DNA of 57,724 nt, the filler included, from Sphacelaria rigidula (taxonomy: Eukaryota): NCBI GenBank assembly GCA_964200075.2. It is 3 parts of 3 records of this genome, joined end to end, with 100 filler letters (N's around TTAATTAATTAA, not from the genome) between each part and the next. Parts side by side here need not be neighbours in the genome. Positions count along the whole stretch, not along the records: positions 1 to 19,180 come from CAXNAA020000718.1; 2 more parts are not named here. The stretch is one strand, 5' to 3'. Shown here in pieces: positions 1 through 14,200 of this stretch (its first letter is position 1; every line of letters begins with the position of its first letter). A program made the translations under genes and the position numbers. The notes under the pieces are model-generated. The model did not search any database and was not told where the DNA came from. It was given only the letters and a program-made list of their open reading frames with translations.

Positions 1-92
1 GGGGAGAGATGGGTTGATCCCTTGAGACCACGGACTCATCTCGAGGAAGGGGAGGGGTTCAAAGTGCGAGGAAAAGAGAAAAAAACTATCAT
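1..92 (+). mobile_element. 3' portion of SINE-like repeat family A
   Basis: Positions 1-60 are a near reverse complement of 45882-45941. The tail gttcaaagtgcgaggaaaa also matches 35523-35541. Confidence 0.65.
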
Positions 93-331
93 CACCACGG
101 ACACCGCCACCGCTTGTTGTTGAATGTGGTACACGCCGAACCTATGTTTCACCTGCCCCAATTTCCCCCGAACCCTTATACATGCACTTGATTACTCGTG
201 GACCTTTTGCCCACGGCGGTAACGTCAACATGCCAACAAAATTCGGCAAACCCACGAAGCACGAGACGAATCTGCAATCTCCTGTACACACTGCCCGATG
301 GTGTGAACACTCCTGTCCTCCCAAAATTCAG

Positions 332-3300
332 GTATGCCTCAGCCATGTCTCTGGCAATATGATGTTGCGACACCTACACCCCGGCGACTGGCTGGGCGTG
401 CCGGATAGCCTCACTCTGAGGGCTAGCACGGGCGGCGGAGGGACGTACTACAACCCATTGGTGGATGCGCGAGAGCACTGCATCGAGCCATGGGCGGGTG
501 TAATGGATTGTCACAGCGACAGGGGCAAGGCGACTACCGATCTGCGAGTAGAGGTGATTATGTCTTGGGAAATGAAACGAAGAAGTCTAGTCTGTGGTTG
601 AAACTGATGGAGTTTTCGATGTAGCTGGTGCTCCTCTTGAGCAGTCTGCGTAACATTCTTGAGGGAAAAGTCAGGTGTAAATGTAAGATGTTCATCTGCG
701 AGCGTTGATCTCCCCTTCTTACACTTGAAGCCATCATACCCGCTGGCTGACGGCCATTTGCCGTGCGGATTCGGTTGGGGTGAGTACGTGCCCTACACTA
801 CATAAATTTCCAGCGCCAGCTCAGGTGAGAACGTCATCTAGACCGAAACCGACCCTCCCCAGGTCATATTCTCGCCTATTCGCCGTGGCCTTGCCTTGCT
901 GTTTTTTGGTGGGATATGCGGACTTTCGGATTATCGCGGCCCCGTTGTGAAAGTAGCGCTCGTGCCGCCCTTGTCTCTACGTGGTTATGACGCTACGCGA
1001 TGGCGTACATAATGTCAATCCGGTACACTAGTGGAACGCATAACCCAAGTTCTACACTGCTTATTACTCAAGCACGTCATGACCATGCTCTTCGGCACGT
1101 TTGCGTCTTTGTTACGTCTTGCGATCTGAAGATGCCCGAGCACCTGGTGGTGAATCTCACGTCCGCTCTGGTGGAAAGCGTCAAATCAATCGCAGCTCTC
1201 GTCGCTCGCAACTGGACGGGCAGGTATAATGTTGGATTGCACGTCTTCAATCGTCGAGTTAGTTTGTGCCAACACGCATAGGTTCCAGGTGTGGTTTGAA
1301 CGTGTAGGCCTGCCGCAGATGACAGAGCCTTCTCTTAGTTGGACTTGGTTTTGGCAGACTGCTGCAGTACCTCATGTTGCAGTTTCGCCATTTGCACAGA
1401 ACGGTTGGGCGGCGTTCACACGCCACCCTGTTCTACGCCCAGGTTATCGGCGAACCAAGTGCCAGCAAGGTATGATATGGTGATGCACGCTCCGAATCCA
1501 CGCGGCTGCTGACCTTGGATGCGACACTTTCGCCCAAAGTGAAACATGTACGGTTTCGTCACATATTCCCCAGGTATACGGAACCTGTGGCCAGTCCGAC
1601 ACAAGCTGGCGGCGGGGGCGGCAGCTTAATAATTCGTAACACCATAGGCATAGCTGTTGTCGTCGAAGGAGCTAGCAGACGGAATGACGAAGGGTCCGGC
1701 GACGAGTGGGGACCTACTAGCCGCTCCCGCGCCGAGTTCGGCCCAGGCGATACCAGCACGGCACGTGACGGCATTCGTATCGCAACGCAGGGGTCCATGA
1801 ACAGAAGCAGCGTCCATCGACCCATCCCTCGAGATGTATCTCAGCCGACGACGGTGCCCGCAGGGCAAGCGATCGAATGTCGCCTGCCGTCGGTGCGGCG
1901 GGGATCGCGGGATGGTGAAGGCGGCGGCTTCGGCGCCGCCGCAGAGCTTACTGTGTACGTGCCCGGTTTCTACACCGTGAGGAGAGTGCGGGTTGGGAGC
2001 AGGAGCACCCAGGCGTACCCGCTCATTCAGTTGGCCACAGAGGGCGGACCCACGGGAGGTGGGAAGACTTCGGCGGAAAAGGCTGCCAGGTTGAGGAGGG
2101 GGCTAGCGTTGGTCGTCGAGGTTCGGGAGGAAGGCGGTGCAAGCGGCGGAAACGGTGGAAGCACGGGGGTCGATGACGAAATAAGCCCGCATATCGGTGG
2201 CGGCGTTTTGGTCGCCGAGCTGAGATCGAACGTGTGCCTGCACAATGCGTCTGCTTCCGAGGTGGAGGTAGACATAGGATCGACCGTGGTCGCTGCATCG
2301 AGAGAAAATTTGGAAACCACGACGGGCTCGAAAGGACGAAACTGGCAAGTGCGAGGTGGATGGGCGTCTGGGGCGGATACCGCGCCGGCTTTCAAGTTGG
2401 CTCCTGGTGAACGCCTGGCACTTCCTTTGTCTGTGCTGTCTTCCTGGCAGTTAAGGCTCGTTGGGGACGCGACAGATACCCGGGTTCGCCCGCTCCGACT
2501 TTCGCCTGCTCTCCTCGATCCTGCCGTGCCTAACGCCCTTCGCCTCACAGGCGACATGGAACGGAACTCGATGTGCTTGAAGCTCGCAAAATCTGGAGTA
2601 CGATCGGCGGCGGAGCTCGTAGAGTCTCACGCCTTCGAAGCCGCCCCTCCTTCCCCGAAGCGCGGTGGAACGCCGTCGTCAAATCGACAGTCGCCGGGGG
2701 CAACAGTCTCATCAGAGTGGAGCGAAGCAGGGGAACAGGCTACGTCGAAAGCGGGCAACAGCGCGGTAGTGTCGAGGGCAATGCCCCCGTCTAACCCTGT
2801 AGCCAAAGTTTCCACGGCATCATCAGACGCGGCCGATTGGGTGCTTACCGTACAGCCGTCGTACCTCATCACGAACACTCTGCCGTGTACTTTGGAAGTG
2901 GAGATTCTGCAGCCAATAGCGGTCGGGATCAATGTTGGGATCGGAGGCTCTGGCACCGATAATTCCCGAGTTGCTCGCAGCCGTGGAGGCAGTGACGTGT
3001 CGGATTCTGTTGGCCATCTCTACGTAGATAGTAGCCAGCCGAAGGATGAGTGGACCGACAACGCCAGCAACAGCGACGCCGGTTCGGCGAACTCGTGGTC
3101 CACGTCGACAACCCGTCAGTCCAGTTCAGGCGCTAGACCAAGTGGATCTTCCTCGGGCGCTTTGCCTACTAAAGCCGCCGTCCGCAACCCAGCCCTCGAC
3201 TTGTTCTTCTTGCCTACGGCGGTAGGATCGGACGAAAGTGGGGGGCCCGGCGGAAGGGATGGGAGCACTCACGCGTGCGGTAGCGGGGGCAGGGGTAGTG

Positions 3301-5014
3301 TTGAGACCGGCGCTGGAGGTGGAGGAGATCGTGGGAAGGCGGTTGGCTGGAGGCAGCGGCACGCGCTCTGGTTAGAATCTCAGAAGCTGGACAAGGATGG
3401 GACGGGAAGTCTGGAAAGCACTTGGAAGGGTTTAGTGCGCAGCGGACAAGATGCGAAAGTGAGTGTTGCATGCCTCCCCCGGATTGACTTATCTACTCTG
3501 GAATGTTGTTCTCCGGAGTCTGCGCATTACTTCCGCCCGAATGCGTTGACACTCGTAGCCAGACTCTCACGCCATTCCACGTCCACTGGCACCGTCTTGA
3601 TGTCTCTCCAGTCAGGAGGGTCAGGGGGTGATGACCACGGGCAGCTCTGGCATCCCGCCGCTGTAGTGTCCTTCTATCACGCCATCCCCGATCAGTGAAT
3701 CGTCGCTCTTCACATTTGGTATATTATATGAATCACCTTCGGTTTGTGATGGTGGAACTGTCGTTGAATAAGATAGAATGTCCTCGTACTGACTATTGAC
3801 TACTGCCACGTGCAATTATGTTCCCCACTCAAACGATATACCAATGAAACGTCACGAAATATGAAGTGCCATCGTCCAAAACTCACGCAGGTGGGACGCG
3901 TGGACACCGGCCGTCCGTTCTATTTTCGAGTTCGACTCCCAGACACGGCTAGCTCTCGGCGGCCTTCACCAACACGCGCCCCCCCACCGTGCTGCCAATG
4001 GTCTGACATTATGGTCATCAGCACTTGCGAGTATGCTAAAAGGGTTTCGTTCAACGCCCGACACCCGGAGGTAATGTATTAGTCGTAGGAAAGTAGAAAA
4101 TGCTTGACAGATACTTCGGCGGTTGGCGGGCAAACGTGACATGATGTTTTAGCAGTTTATTCAGAACAACAGCGTGATATGCTTGGGCGGGAAAAATATT
4201 CCGTTTCATGGGGGTGAGATGAGATCTTGCGGTGGTGAAATGTGCTGATGAGGTAGCCCCTTTGTCGCTGTTGATTGTTGATACAGTTTGGTGTGCGCAA
4301 GGTATCTACTTGAGTGGCATCGAAGTCTTTCCCCGCCCCCTCCATACCGTAGGTTGTTGTACACACTCAGCAGTCTTGTTCATTCCCGTAATACAATAGC
4401 GTTTCTCTTCCCATAGGTGGTGCGTAACGCCTGGTGCTGCGTTTACGTTTATGCAGCGTCCAGTGCAGTTCGTTTCGAAAGGTGATATAAGGAGGTTCAC
4501 CTTACTGCACACAAATCGGTATCAGCCTACGTTTCCCCAATACCCGAACTCCCGTCCGCGGTATCCATCGCCAGTGAACAACGCTGTAACGACTACTATA
4601 CACGACGTAAGGTACCCTCCCCGAACAACAGGATGTCACCTGGCGTAGTGCGGCTCGGGAAGACTGGGGGCGACCAACCGTGGCGGCAGCAGCGGAAGCG
4701 GCGGCCGCCTCGGGCGTCGGCGGAACAGGGGCGTGTGAAGAAGCGGGGAGGGCTCGCCGGCAGCAGTGTCCGGAGGTGAAAGCGGCCCGCTCGTGGGGTA
4801 GATCCTCGGCGCGGCGTCTAACCTTCTACGCGCCCTATTGGATCGTGAACAAGACGGGACTGGCACTGAACTACCGCGCGGGGTGAGCAAAACCATGGTA
4901 TATTTTCACACCCTGGACAATACAATATGTAATGTACATTGCCCGCTCATTATGTCGACCCGTCGGGTGGTCAGTACATATTGGGCGAGAAATATGATGG
5001 CACGAGAGACAGGT

Positions 5015-5054
<40 letters not shown>

Positions 5055-5183
5055 TGCCATTAATATGTGAAGACTCGAGACATGCGCTATGTGTTGCCNN
5101 NNNNNNNNATATATCGCCCGTTTTATGTCGCCCGCGCGGGGGGTGAGCACATATTGTGGGTGATATATGTGAGTACGAGAGAG

Positions 5184-5235
<52 letters not shown>

Positions 5236-8200
5236 TGCCATTAATATGTGAAGACTCGCGACATGCCATATTTGTTGACCGAGAATATATCACGACACGC
5301 GCCACCTCAAGAAATATATATATTGGCCGAGTAATATGTTAGTGCCGATATATATTCGTCGAGTAATATATTGGCTGCCACACGAGGTCAATATGTACTG
5401 ACGATTCGATATTTAGTCAGCACCCAAAGTGCCAATATATATTGCCGGCCCAATAGTGTCGTGCGTTAATGCGTCCAATATATATTGGGCGGACAGTGCA
5501 TTAGGGAACCGACGGTTACAATATATTTCGGTGTAGCAATATCTTTATATTGATGATTCAACATGTAGATTGGAAAGTGTATTGGAATTAGTATAGTGGG
5601 CAGTGTTATGTTGGCAGGTGCCATTGAAAGATGTATCACCAGATGCCGAAAACGCTCAACAAATTCCTCCGCGAGCGCGTCCAAAATATGTTGGCTGCAC
5701 AATAGCTATGCGATCAGCGTGCGCAATATGTATATTTGAAAAACAATACTTTTGCATGCTTTGTGTTCAATATCTATTGTGGTAACAACATATTACGCAT
5801 CGCTTCGATTCAATATATATTGACACTTCAATACGCACACGGCCGGCATGCACAATATATATTGAATGTTTTGTTCCTGGAGCAAATGCGTGTCCAATAT
5901 CTATTGTCATGCATTACTTCACGATAATGACACGAGAAATATATGTTGTTGCTTCAATGTCTCCGAGGATATCTCAACAAAAAATATTTTGAACGGGCAA
6001 CTTTTACACTGTCTTCAATACAAGAGCATTGGTATCACATTGGAGCATAGTGCTTTGCCCTGGGTATAAGCAACACAGCACCGGTGACCAGAGGGGTACC
6101 AAAAGGCGCATATCGACCCGCGTTTTCTGCCGTCGTGCCGTTTAGCCAAGACATATTACATACTGTGAAGGGGATGGGCGGCACCGCACCGGTGGCCAGA
6201 TAGGTATCAGAAGGCATATATACCGAGTCGCTTCTTCTGTCACCATGTTTTCCCGGCCATTATATTTATGTCAAACTCATTCGACAACTCTCCGTAACCA
6301 TGCACGCGAACTTCTGCGGCTTCCCTTAAAGTCTTTCCGAACCTGCACGGGCTCCGGCATCCATCGCGTCTGCATCTTTCTCAAAGCGTACATCATACTT
6401 CTATTATTCAATGTATATTGACCGGCCAATACATTGGCAACCACGCGGCCTCAATATATCTTGACCGGCCAATATGTTCTCACCAATGCGAACCTAATAT
6501 GTATTGGTCGTGCAATATGTCGTCGCCCACACTGGCCCAATATATATTGATGGGACAGCGTGTGTGCAACCCCACAGTACCAATATATATATCGGGCGGG
6601 AAATATGTATGCAGTCCCACGACAACGGTATATATATATATTAGGCGCGCGATACGTGTGCAGTCCAAGGGTACCAATATATGTATATATATATATCATT
6701 CCACGTTTTTCACCACTTTTGCCGAGTTTTTTTGTGGCGGCAAAATACATTTTTTCCCGCGCTTTCTTTTGCAGCGCACTGAGAAGGCTCAGCGGTACAT
6801 TGCCGTTCAGGTTTGAGTGTCATCTGATACCTGTGGCGCGGGTTCTGACCACCGAAAGTCGCTCAAACTGACCCTTTTTCGCTGGGTGCCGATCCCGAAC
6901 CACAAAAGCCTTTTCAAGACCATGGAAAACTTGGGACAAGAACCCGAACCACAAAAAATACTGTGGGAGATAATGGAAATCTCCAAACGGGATTACTATT
7001 GGCGGGGTATTAATTCCCCGTGTTTTTCTTTGCCGCGTTCTCGTTCATTTGTGAGCACAAACACACCGGTCATGCCGCCAATGTCACGAGAACATGAGAG
7101 CAAAGCAGGTAAAGAATATAAACATTGCCTCGGCCTCAGTCAGCAGCGAGCACAAGACCGTGTAATGGGCCGTTGGTGAGTTGAACAAGGCACACAGGAC
7201 GGCAGCACATGAATGTTTTCCCGCAATAACAAGCACCCTGTTTTAAAAAAAGGCCCGGTGATGTGGAAGCCACAGTGATGTACAACGAACATGCCAAGAA
7301 TGTTCCACGCATCCCAATTTTTCGGGAGTGCCTCCCGCTGTCATGTCTTTGTGGCACGAGAGCTACTTTGCACTCTGACACCTCGGAAATACCACACATA
7401 CATGTCCTACGCCGGCGGTTCCGCCGTCGGCCTCCGAACGAATTCCCATATTTTCTGAAAGGCATCCGATCACACATGTGATGTTTCGTACAGCCACGAT
7501 CAATATACTGTACATTGGGATACATCAGCCTCTCTTGACCATATATTTTCGACTTGCGTCACCCCCGGGAGGCCAGTATCAACCTCCCGAAGGGGAACCT
7601 AGTATATATATACTCCCTTTGACCGAGAATATAAGCAAGATTTGGACAAGAAGCGGTCTAACTCGGGTCTGCAGAACTCTTTTTCCAAACATTTTGTCTT
7701 GTTGGTTCCGCCGCGCTGGCGCGCAGCGCACAGAACTGCTGCTTTTTTCAAAACACATGAAAAAAAGTGTGTTGCACCCCAGCAGACGGCGCCCGATTTC
7801 TCCACCCCAACTTTGAAGCTCCGGTCAAACGCCTTCCCATCTGCTGGTGGAACATGTCCGCTGCTGAGAGTGTCCCTCAGGGGCAGAAACGCAAGAATTT
7901 CAACGTTTCGGAGAGAGAAGAGATGGTTCGCTATCTGCTCGCCGGCAGCAAGGAAGGGGTTGCGTCGCTGGGTACAATTACGCCAGATTTCCGCCATTTC
8001 CCCGATCAGGGGATAGTGACGCACCACCCCCCCCCCCCCATCGAGCGGATTGTTTTTTAGCTCTCCAATGTGATATGTGATCGTATGCCAAAGTTGTCCG
8101 ACGTACACCGTGCCCAAATGGCACCCTTCTCTCAATACCATAGAAACCTTGCCTATATTGCCGGAAATCCAAATCTTGCTTGTATTCTCGGTCAGAGGGA

Positions 8201-11200
8201 GTATATTACGCCAGCAATATATCGCAATATTCCAATATGATCGACTCATAGTGGACACATTTGGTATCGTCCAGGGTGCGTATATTTTATGGTTGGGCCA
8301 TATATTGTCCCCCGGCAAGCGCAATCAACGATGGTGCAAGTTTTTGCTTGAATCTACTAAAATCTCCATGGCCACTGTGCTGGTCGTAGCCGTACTGAAT
8401 CAAGCGTGCATGAAATCCGGCTGTGGCTCCCTCCCGTAGAGTTAGGGTCTGCGTCGTCAGGCCCGTTCTTGGTGTACATGTCCCACAGTTTTCTATTTCT
8501 AGCTATCTTGTTTTGCATTGCTGTGCGAAGGAATCGCACTGGGCACACTTTTATTCTCGCCCACGCGTGTTTTGGGAGTCATTATCGCCCAACCTGCATA
8601 CCGCCCAACAACGCTGCACGTAACCGACGGCAGCAAATCACCAAGTTGACTCCCGCAAACGACCGTGAGCCACGCCCATCTCAGCGATTGTTCGGGGCAT
8701 GGGTTCCCCGCAGCCCGGTTGATGGAAGCGACGGGTTCACCGCAAACTACCCGAACAATTCACTCTGGACCTTCACCTCGGTTCAGGTCACTTCGAACGC
8801 TCAGCAGGCCTCTAACGACTAAATGGAATGTTTCATGGTTGTGTTCTGTAGGGTACGGGTATGCATGTGTAGGGTATGGGATTCCTTACAGAGCTTACAG
8901 AAATATCGGGTGCCGGTATGAGAGTCTTACAGAAAATACAAGACTGTCGGGTGCCGGTTTGAAACTCTTACAGAAATTACAGAACTGTCGGGTACGGTAT
9001 GGAAGGCTTACGGAAAACCGTACCGGCAATCGGGTATTTATTTGAGGGCACAAACGCGCCGGGTACGGGCGTGCATTCTGTACAGAACTCACACAACTGT
9101 CGGGTAAGGGTTTGGGGGGCGTACAAAACTCGCAGAAACTGTCGGGCAGGGTGTGAAGGCTGCATAGAAAACCGTACCCGAAACCGGGTATCTTATCAAG
9201 GACATACTCGTGCCCCCGGTAACGGTACGGGAGGTTTACAGAACTCACAGAACTATCGGGTGAGGGTATGAAAGCCGTACAGAGTTTACACAACTGACGG
9301 GTACTGGTATGAAAGTGCCGGGTACGATAAATACCTGGGAAAATGCCCCGGGTATACAGAAAACAGTACCCTACATAACACAACCTTGGCACCACTCGGT
9401 CGACTGAGTATCACGGTTTTCACCTACCAGCATCCACTCTTGACGTCAAGCTGCGTGTTCGGTTTAAGTTGACGTTCGTGATCTCGCCGACACTAACGCA
9501 TGTGAGACACAGGTTCGCCCAGAAGACGTTCAAGATTCTGTCGCACAGCTCGAAGAGAAATTATCAAGAAGCCCACAGGGGCGGTAACGTCGGCGGGGGC
9601 GGACACAGTGACATTGCAACCAGTCTCAACCATGGTGATCGCGAACGTGAAGCGGCAAACGGGGGAGGAGGTTTGATGCAGGGCGGAACGCCAGAAAGTG
9701 GCTTTCATGAGTCGTCACGTGGGGAGTACCGAGGGCATGTGTCTTCAGCTGAGGAAACCGCGATAGCCCAGGTGTGTACAACCAGTTGCTGTACATCGTT
9801 CAGTCTATTTTTCATGTTATAGTATGTATATCTACCCGTTGACAAATTCTACCGTACACAGGGTGAGAGTTGGAGTATAGCAGAAAATGAGGCTGTATCC
9901 CCATTTTTCATTCAGCCTCAAATTGTGTGTGCGTGACAAGCGAGGAGCGGGGAGGGACTGTTGTCAAGTGATGAGGTTCCCAGAGCAGTCAAAATTGTAG
10001 ATTGAAGTTGACTCGAGTAGAAAAAGGCTGTTTCACGAGGTAAGAGCTTATACTGTTGACCGTGAGTCAGAGACGTCGGGGTGATGCAGTATCGAAAAAA
10101 GAGAGACCGGTTCAGTTGCGGACTTGCCTGGAGACCATTTCCATAACCCCAAGGAGGCTAGGGAAAATATCAGGTCACCCACGGAGAATCGGATTTGCAT
10201 TTGGTCATTCCTGCAGTTGGCTGCAGTTAGCTTCAGAGTGCTTTGTAGTTGCGTTTCGGCCATTGTGGAAGGCATTCGTATCCCCCAGGAAGATGCACGG
10301 AGAGGACTGACGAATCACCCCTTGGGTGTGGACACATCGATGCTTCTGAACCTTTCATATCGGTATAATTATGCAGATCGTATGCAAGGTGGAGCGGGTC
10401 GGGGCAACAAGTGCCCTTTTACCGTATATCCCTCCTGCCTCAGCTCGTCCCGGCTGGCAAATGGTATGGGTGGTTGGATTTACGATATCGGACATCCAGG
10501 ACCGCTGGGTCGTCGTCTCGGGTTCGTGATGAAAATCACTGCGGTGCAGTTGCCCGCCGGCCGCCGGAGTTGATGCAGAAAGTTCCTGCAAAAAATCTTT
10601 CCCATTAGATTGTACAAAGGCGATAACGTGGATTATAACAAGTACCCAAACAACTGTTTTGTCAATAGCCCAGCGAATGCTCATCCTGCCTAAGCGTTAC
10701 CCCGCCACCGCTCATCCCCCCGACGCACATATACGTACACATGCGCGTGATGCTTCCTTCACGTGTCGAAACGCTGGAAAAATCATACGTATGATCGATG
10801 ATGAATCCTCAACAGACACGGCAACACTTTCTGTATTTTACTCGTTTCTACGGGACAGTATGCCCTTGGCCTCTTTTTGCGTTTTAGTGACGAGAAGAGC
10901 TTTGTGGGGGAGGCCGCCGGACAGAAGAGAGGATATTTTGTCATCTTTCTTGATACATCTCTTGCGTGTGATTGGGGCCCAAGCTGGCAATCTGCGCAGA
11001 AGGCTTTCTCTTGAGGATATGAACGGCGCTTGCACTTCCCCCACCGCCTTCGTGTGACCTGTCATTGCCCGTCTGACTATGATGGGATTTTGGTCCTTCA
11101 TCGCGGTGATCGAGTCAGACTTCGAACCCACGACCTTGTGGTTACTAAGCGGCTAGAGTTATCTCTTAATGCCACCAATGTGAAAAGGCATGAGTCCTCG

Positions 11201-14200
11201 GTAGACACTCGCAGTCATTTCCCGCTCCCATAGGATAGTAGTAAGAGGCATGGAGTTGAAGATAATGGAGTTTTCCCAACGGCTGAGCCACACAGGTAGC
11301 ACGCAGAGGATCGTGCGACCAAAACAGGAAAAATCGACGCGTGCAACGACCCACACGCCGAAGCGACCTTACCTAGTTTCCACTCCCGCGTCACCACCGC
11401 CCTCAACTTGACGTTCAATGTTTGCGCGCGTCATGGTGCGCAACAACGCCGCCGGAAAGAAAAGTTGTCGCGAGTACTTCTTCACGATGCGACTTACGTC
11501 AGTGACGAGGAGCACTTGGCGTTCTTCGGCGGTCGAAGCCTTCCCGTCATGCTCGGCTGTCCAGCAACGACGCTGGAAGTTATGCCGTATGCGCTGGCTG
11601 GCCGAGCCGAGGACCCGGGGCTTTGCGTCTGTGACCTACGGGTACGTATGTGGTCGGTCATAGCATAGTGTCGGTACTCGAGCAATGTGAGTTCTACTAG
11701 AGTATGACTCTACAATGCCTGACGTCTCATCCTCATCTTGAAGAATGAATTAGCAAGGTGGTCTGGTCGGGTTGTACTTCGTTCGGCATTGAAGGCTTCC
11801 ACACACTGCGTGAAGGGGGCGTTTTTTGTTTTTCAGTCAGAGGTCGTGCACAGTATTGAATGCTATTCATGTCATGCCTGCAGGTTTAGTGTTCCTACCC
11901 TCGCCTCCGCAGATGTGTTGACTCAGTAAACCGCCGAGCGTTCCTGATCCTCAACGCGAGTGCTTTCATAGGTTGTGTCGCAGACCTTCGCCACAATCTT
12001 GAAGGAACCCCACTCACTCATGGCGGAAAAAAATTCCGCCCAGGCAATCTAATATGGATACGCGCCTCTTCCCTCCCCCGCCACCCGTCGCCGCTTTACT
12101 TTTGTTTTGACGGACGACGTAAGGTGTCATCTGACTCATCTTCACTATACTACTGCCAAGCCGATCCCGGCTCATCCTCGCGTTTGTACACCGACTGTGC
12201 GGTTTACACTGTTGAATTTCCGGCGGCAATAGCGGAGATGTCAGCTAGGTCAGGATCGGTTGTCCAGGTGAGGAAATTATATCCTTTTTGTTCCCAGGCC
12301 TCTATTTCGCCACGTGCGTACTGTACATGCAAGGGGTGATCGGTAGGGAAGCGCGAAGCGATGCCCACGGCAGGTGTTTCTTGCGTTGGGCCTTTTTACT
12401 CTATCGCGTTCTGTTGACTTGTTGCTTATGCGACACCGAATTGCTGCAGTGGCGGCACACCGTCTATGTAGCCCTTGGCTGCTCGCAGTGCCCATGTCTA
12501 TACGGTGCAGCGCCCCGCACGGAGCCACTGCTATCGCAGTAGAGCCCTTCTGCGATCTGCTCTCCGTCGCCGTGGTAATGCGTTGATTGCTGTACATAAT
12601 TTCGTCGGGGTATGATTGCTGTAGGAGGCACGCAAGCCTCCTTCCGTCTGCTGCTGATATGTTGTTGCGGTCGGACCGCTCGTTGAGCACCATCTGACCG
12701 CCATTACACTTCATGTCCTTGCAATCTTGTCGTCTATATTTGCAATGTAGCCTACCCTTGGCGTTCCTTGCCTTGCAACGTAGCCACACTATCACACTTC
12801 TCGGAATGCTTTCGACGCAAGTTCATCTGAGCATATTTTGTCCATTTTTGTTGAGGTGCTATTGGTGGTGAGTGCTCGACAGCAAGTTCACTATCTTTTT
12901 GGTCCCTGCGCCAAACCCACTCTGCCCATTATTTGTGCCTGCCTTATCATCGGGACAAAAAACTCGGTTGGCGAAAATCGGTTCCCAAACAAAATTGCGC
13001 CCACCCACAGCGACCATGTTTGAGTCTTGGCATGTTACTCTATTTTGTCAAGAGCTGCAAAAACGTCTAAATATGCGGTTTTTCTCTTGCTGTGGTTGTT
13101 GGTCAAACATATCTGCACTATTATAGATTGATGAGCGCAACGAAGTGAGGTAACACCGGCACATGCAAAGCCCCGAAACAGCGTCCACAGATACCCGCCA
13201 CACACGCGCATTAGCTCAAGCGCTAGTCCTCGCTAGTCTACATACGACAGTGTCTGACGGCAATCTTTGCGGTGTTCGAGGGAGGACGGCCGCGTGTATC
13301 ATTTTATAACCGAAAACGTGCCGTCTCTCATTCATGTTCGAACATACTCGATCCTATCAAACCACATCGTACTCAACTTGTCGTCGCGTCGTGCCGCTGG
13401 ATGGCGTCGTCGGGGCTCTCAGGTTCATGCGTGGTTGTGTCTAGGGATGTCTCATATCTTCGCGTGCCACCCTGTGATTCGCGCGCTCCCCTTCGAGCAC
13501 ACTACTCATTCACGCAAAAATCGATGTTTCGCCAGTTATCTTGGTGGGTGGTATTACGGCGACCGGTCACACGGAGAAAGTGGCGAATTGACTTCGAGGA
13601 AAACGTCACTTTTTGTATCGATCAGACACGACCCTGTCCCTCGCTTCTACGCGTTGTGATTTGCCGGACCGCATTGAATAACTCGGCGACAGATATTGAC
13701 GCCGTGGAGAGAACCTCCGGCCCCCGAGAAAGAGACGTTCATGACCTTTTGGCTCACAAGGGATGCCTTGGTGCACGTGTGCTTGGATTCTAGAACTCCT
13801 TCCGGGAAACGGCCATCATGGCTTGAGTACGCGGGATTCCGCAGGATACCGGTAAGGGCATTCAATAAACGTTACATGCCAGATTTGCACGGCGCATCGG
13901 GCGTTTCTGTCCTCTTTGGTTCGTCCTTGTATAACGGTGTACTCACGTGTAGTTTTTTTGTTCTCGGCTCAAGCCCTTTGAATTTTGCGTCTTCATGTGC
14001 TGTCGACGCGAGAAAAGGATGACCAGGGCACGCGTTTTGACCTCGCCGCTATTAATATTGGTCATTTTCTATTCACGAATAGCATACCTTCAGGCAGCGT
14101 AATTTCAAGCACGAAATATCCTTGCAACAAAAATCAAATAATCAGCGAGAACAGTGTTCCGTGCCGCAAGCCCCCCGTATTTCATCCGGCACAAAGGACC

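Larger units (their letters stand above)
4907..8280. mobile_element. Non-autonomous hAT-like DNA transposon (copy 1) carrying nested insertions, in VPS13 intron
   Basis: TIRs CACACCCTGGACAATAC ... GTATCGTCCAGGGTGCG with a perfect 8-bp TSD tatatttt (4899-4906 / 8281-8288). The body is an inverted homolog of 29208-30865 and has many CAATATATATTG-type palindromes. Confidence 0.85.

Noticed and set aside
2027-2956. Long minus-strand ORFs opposite VPS13 exons (and likewise 52889-55033 opposite myosin exons)
   Set aside because: Antisense shadows of GC-rich coding exons with no independent motifs.
9900-11230. Possible decayed reverse-transcriptase sequence on the minus strand of a VPS13 intron
   Set aside because: No convincing RT motifs could be read, so it is left uncalled.
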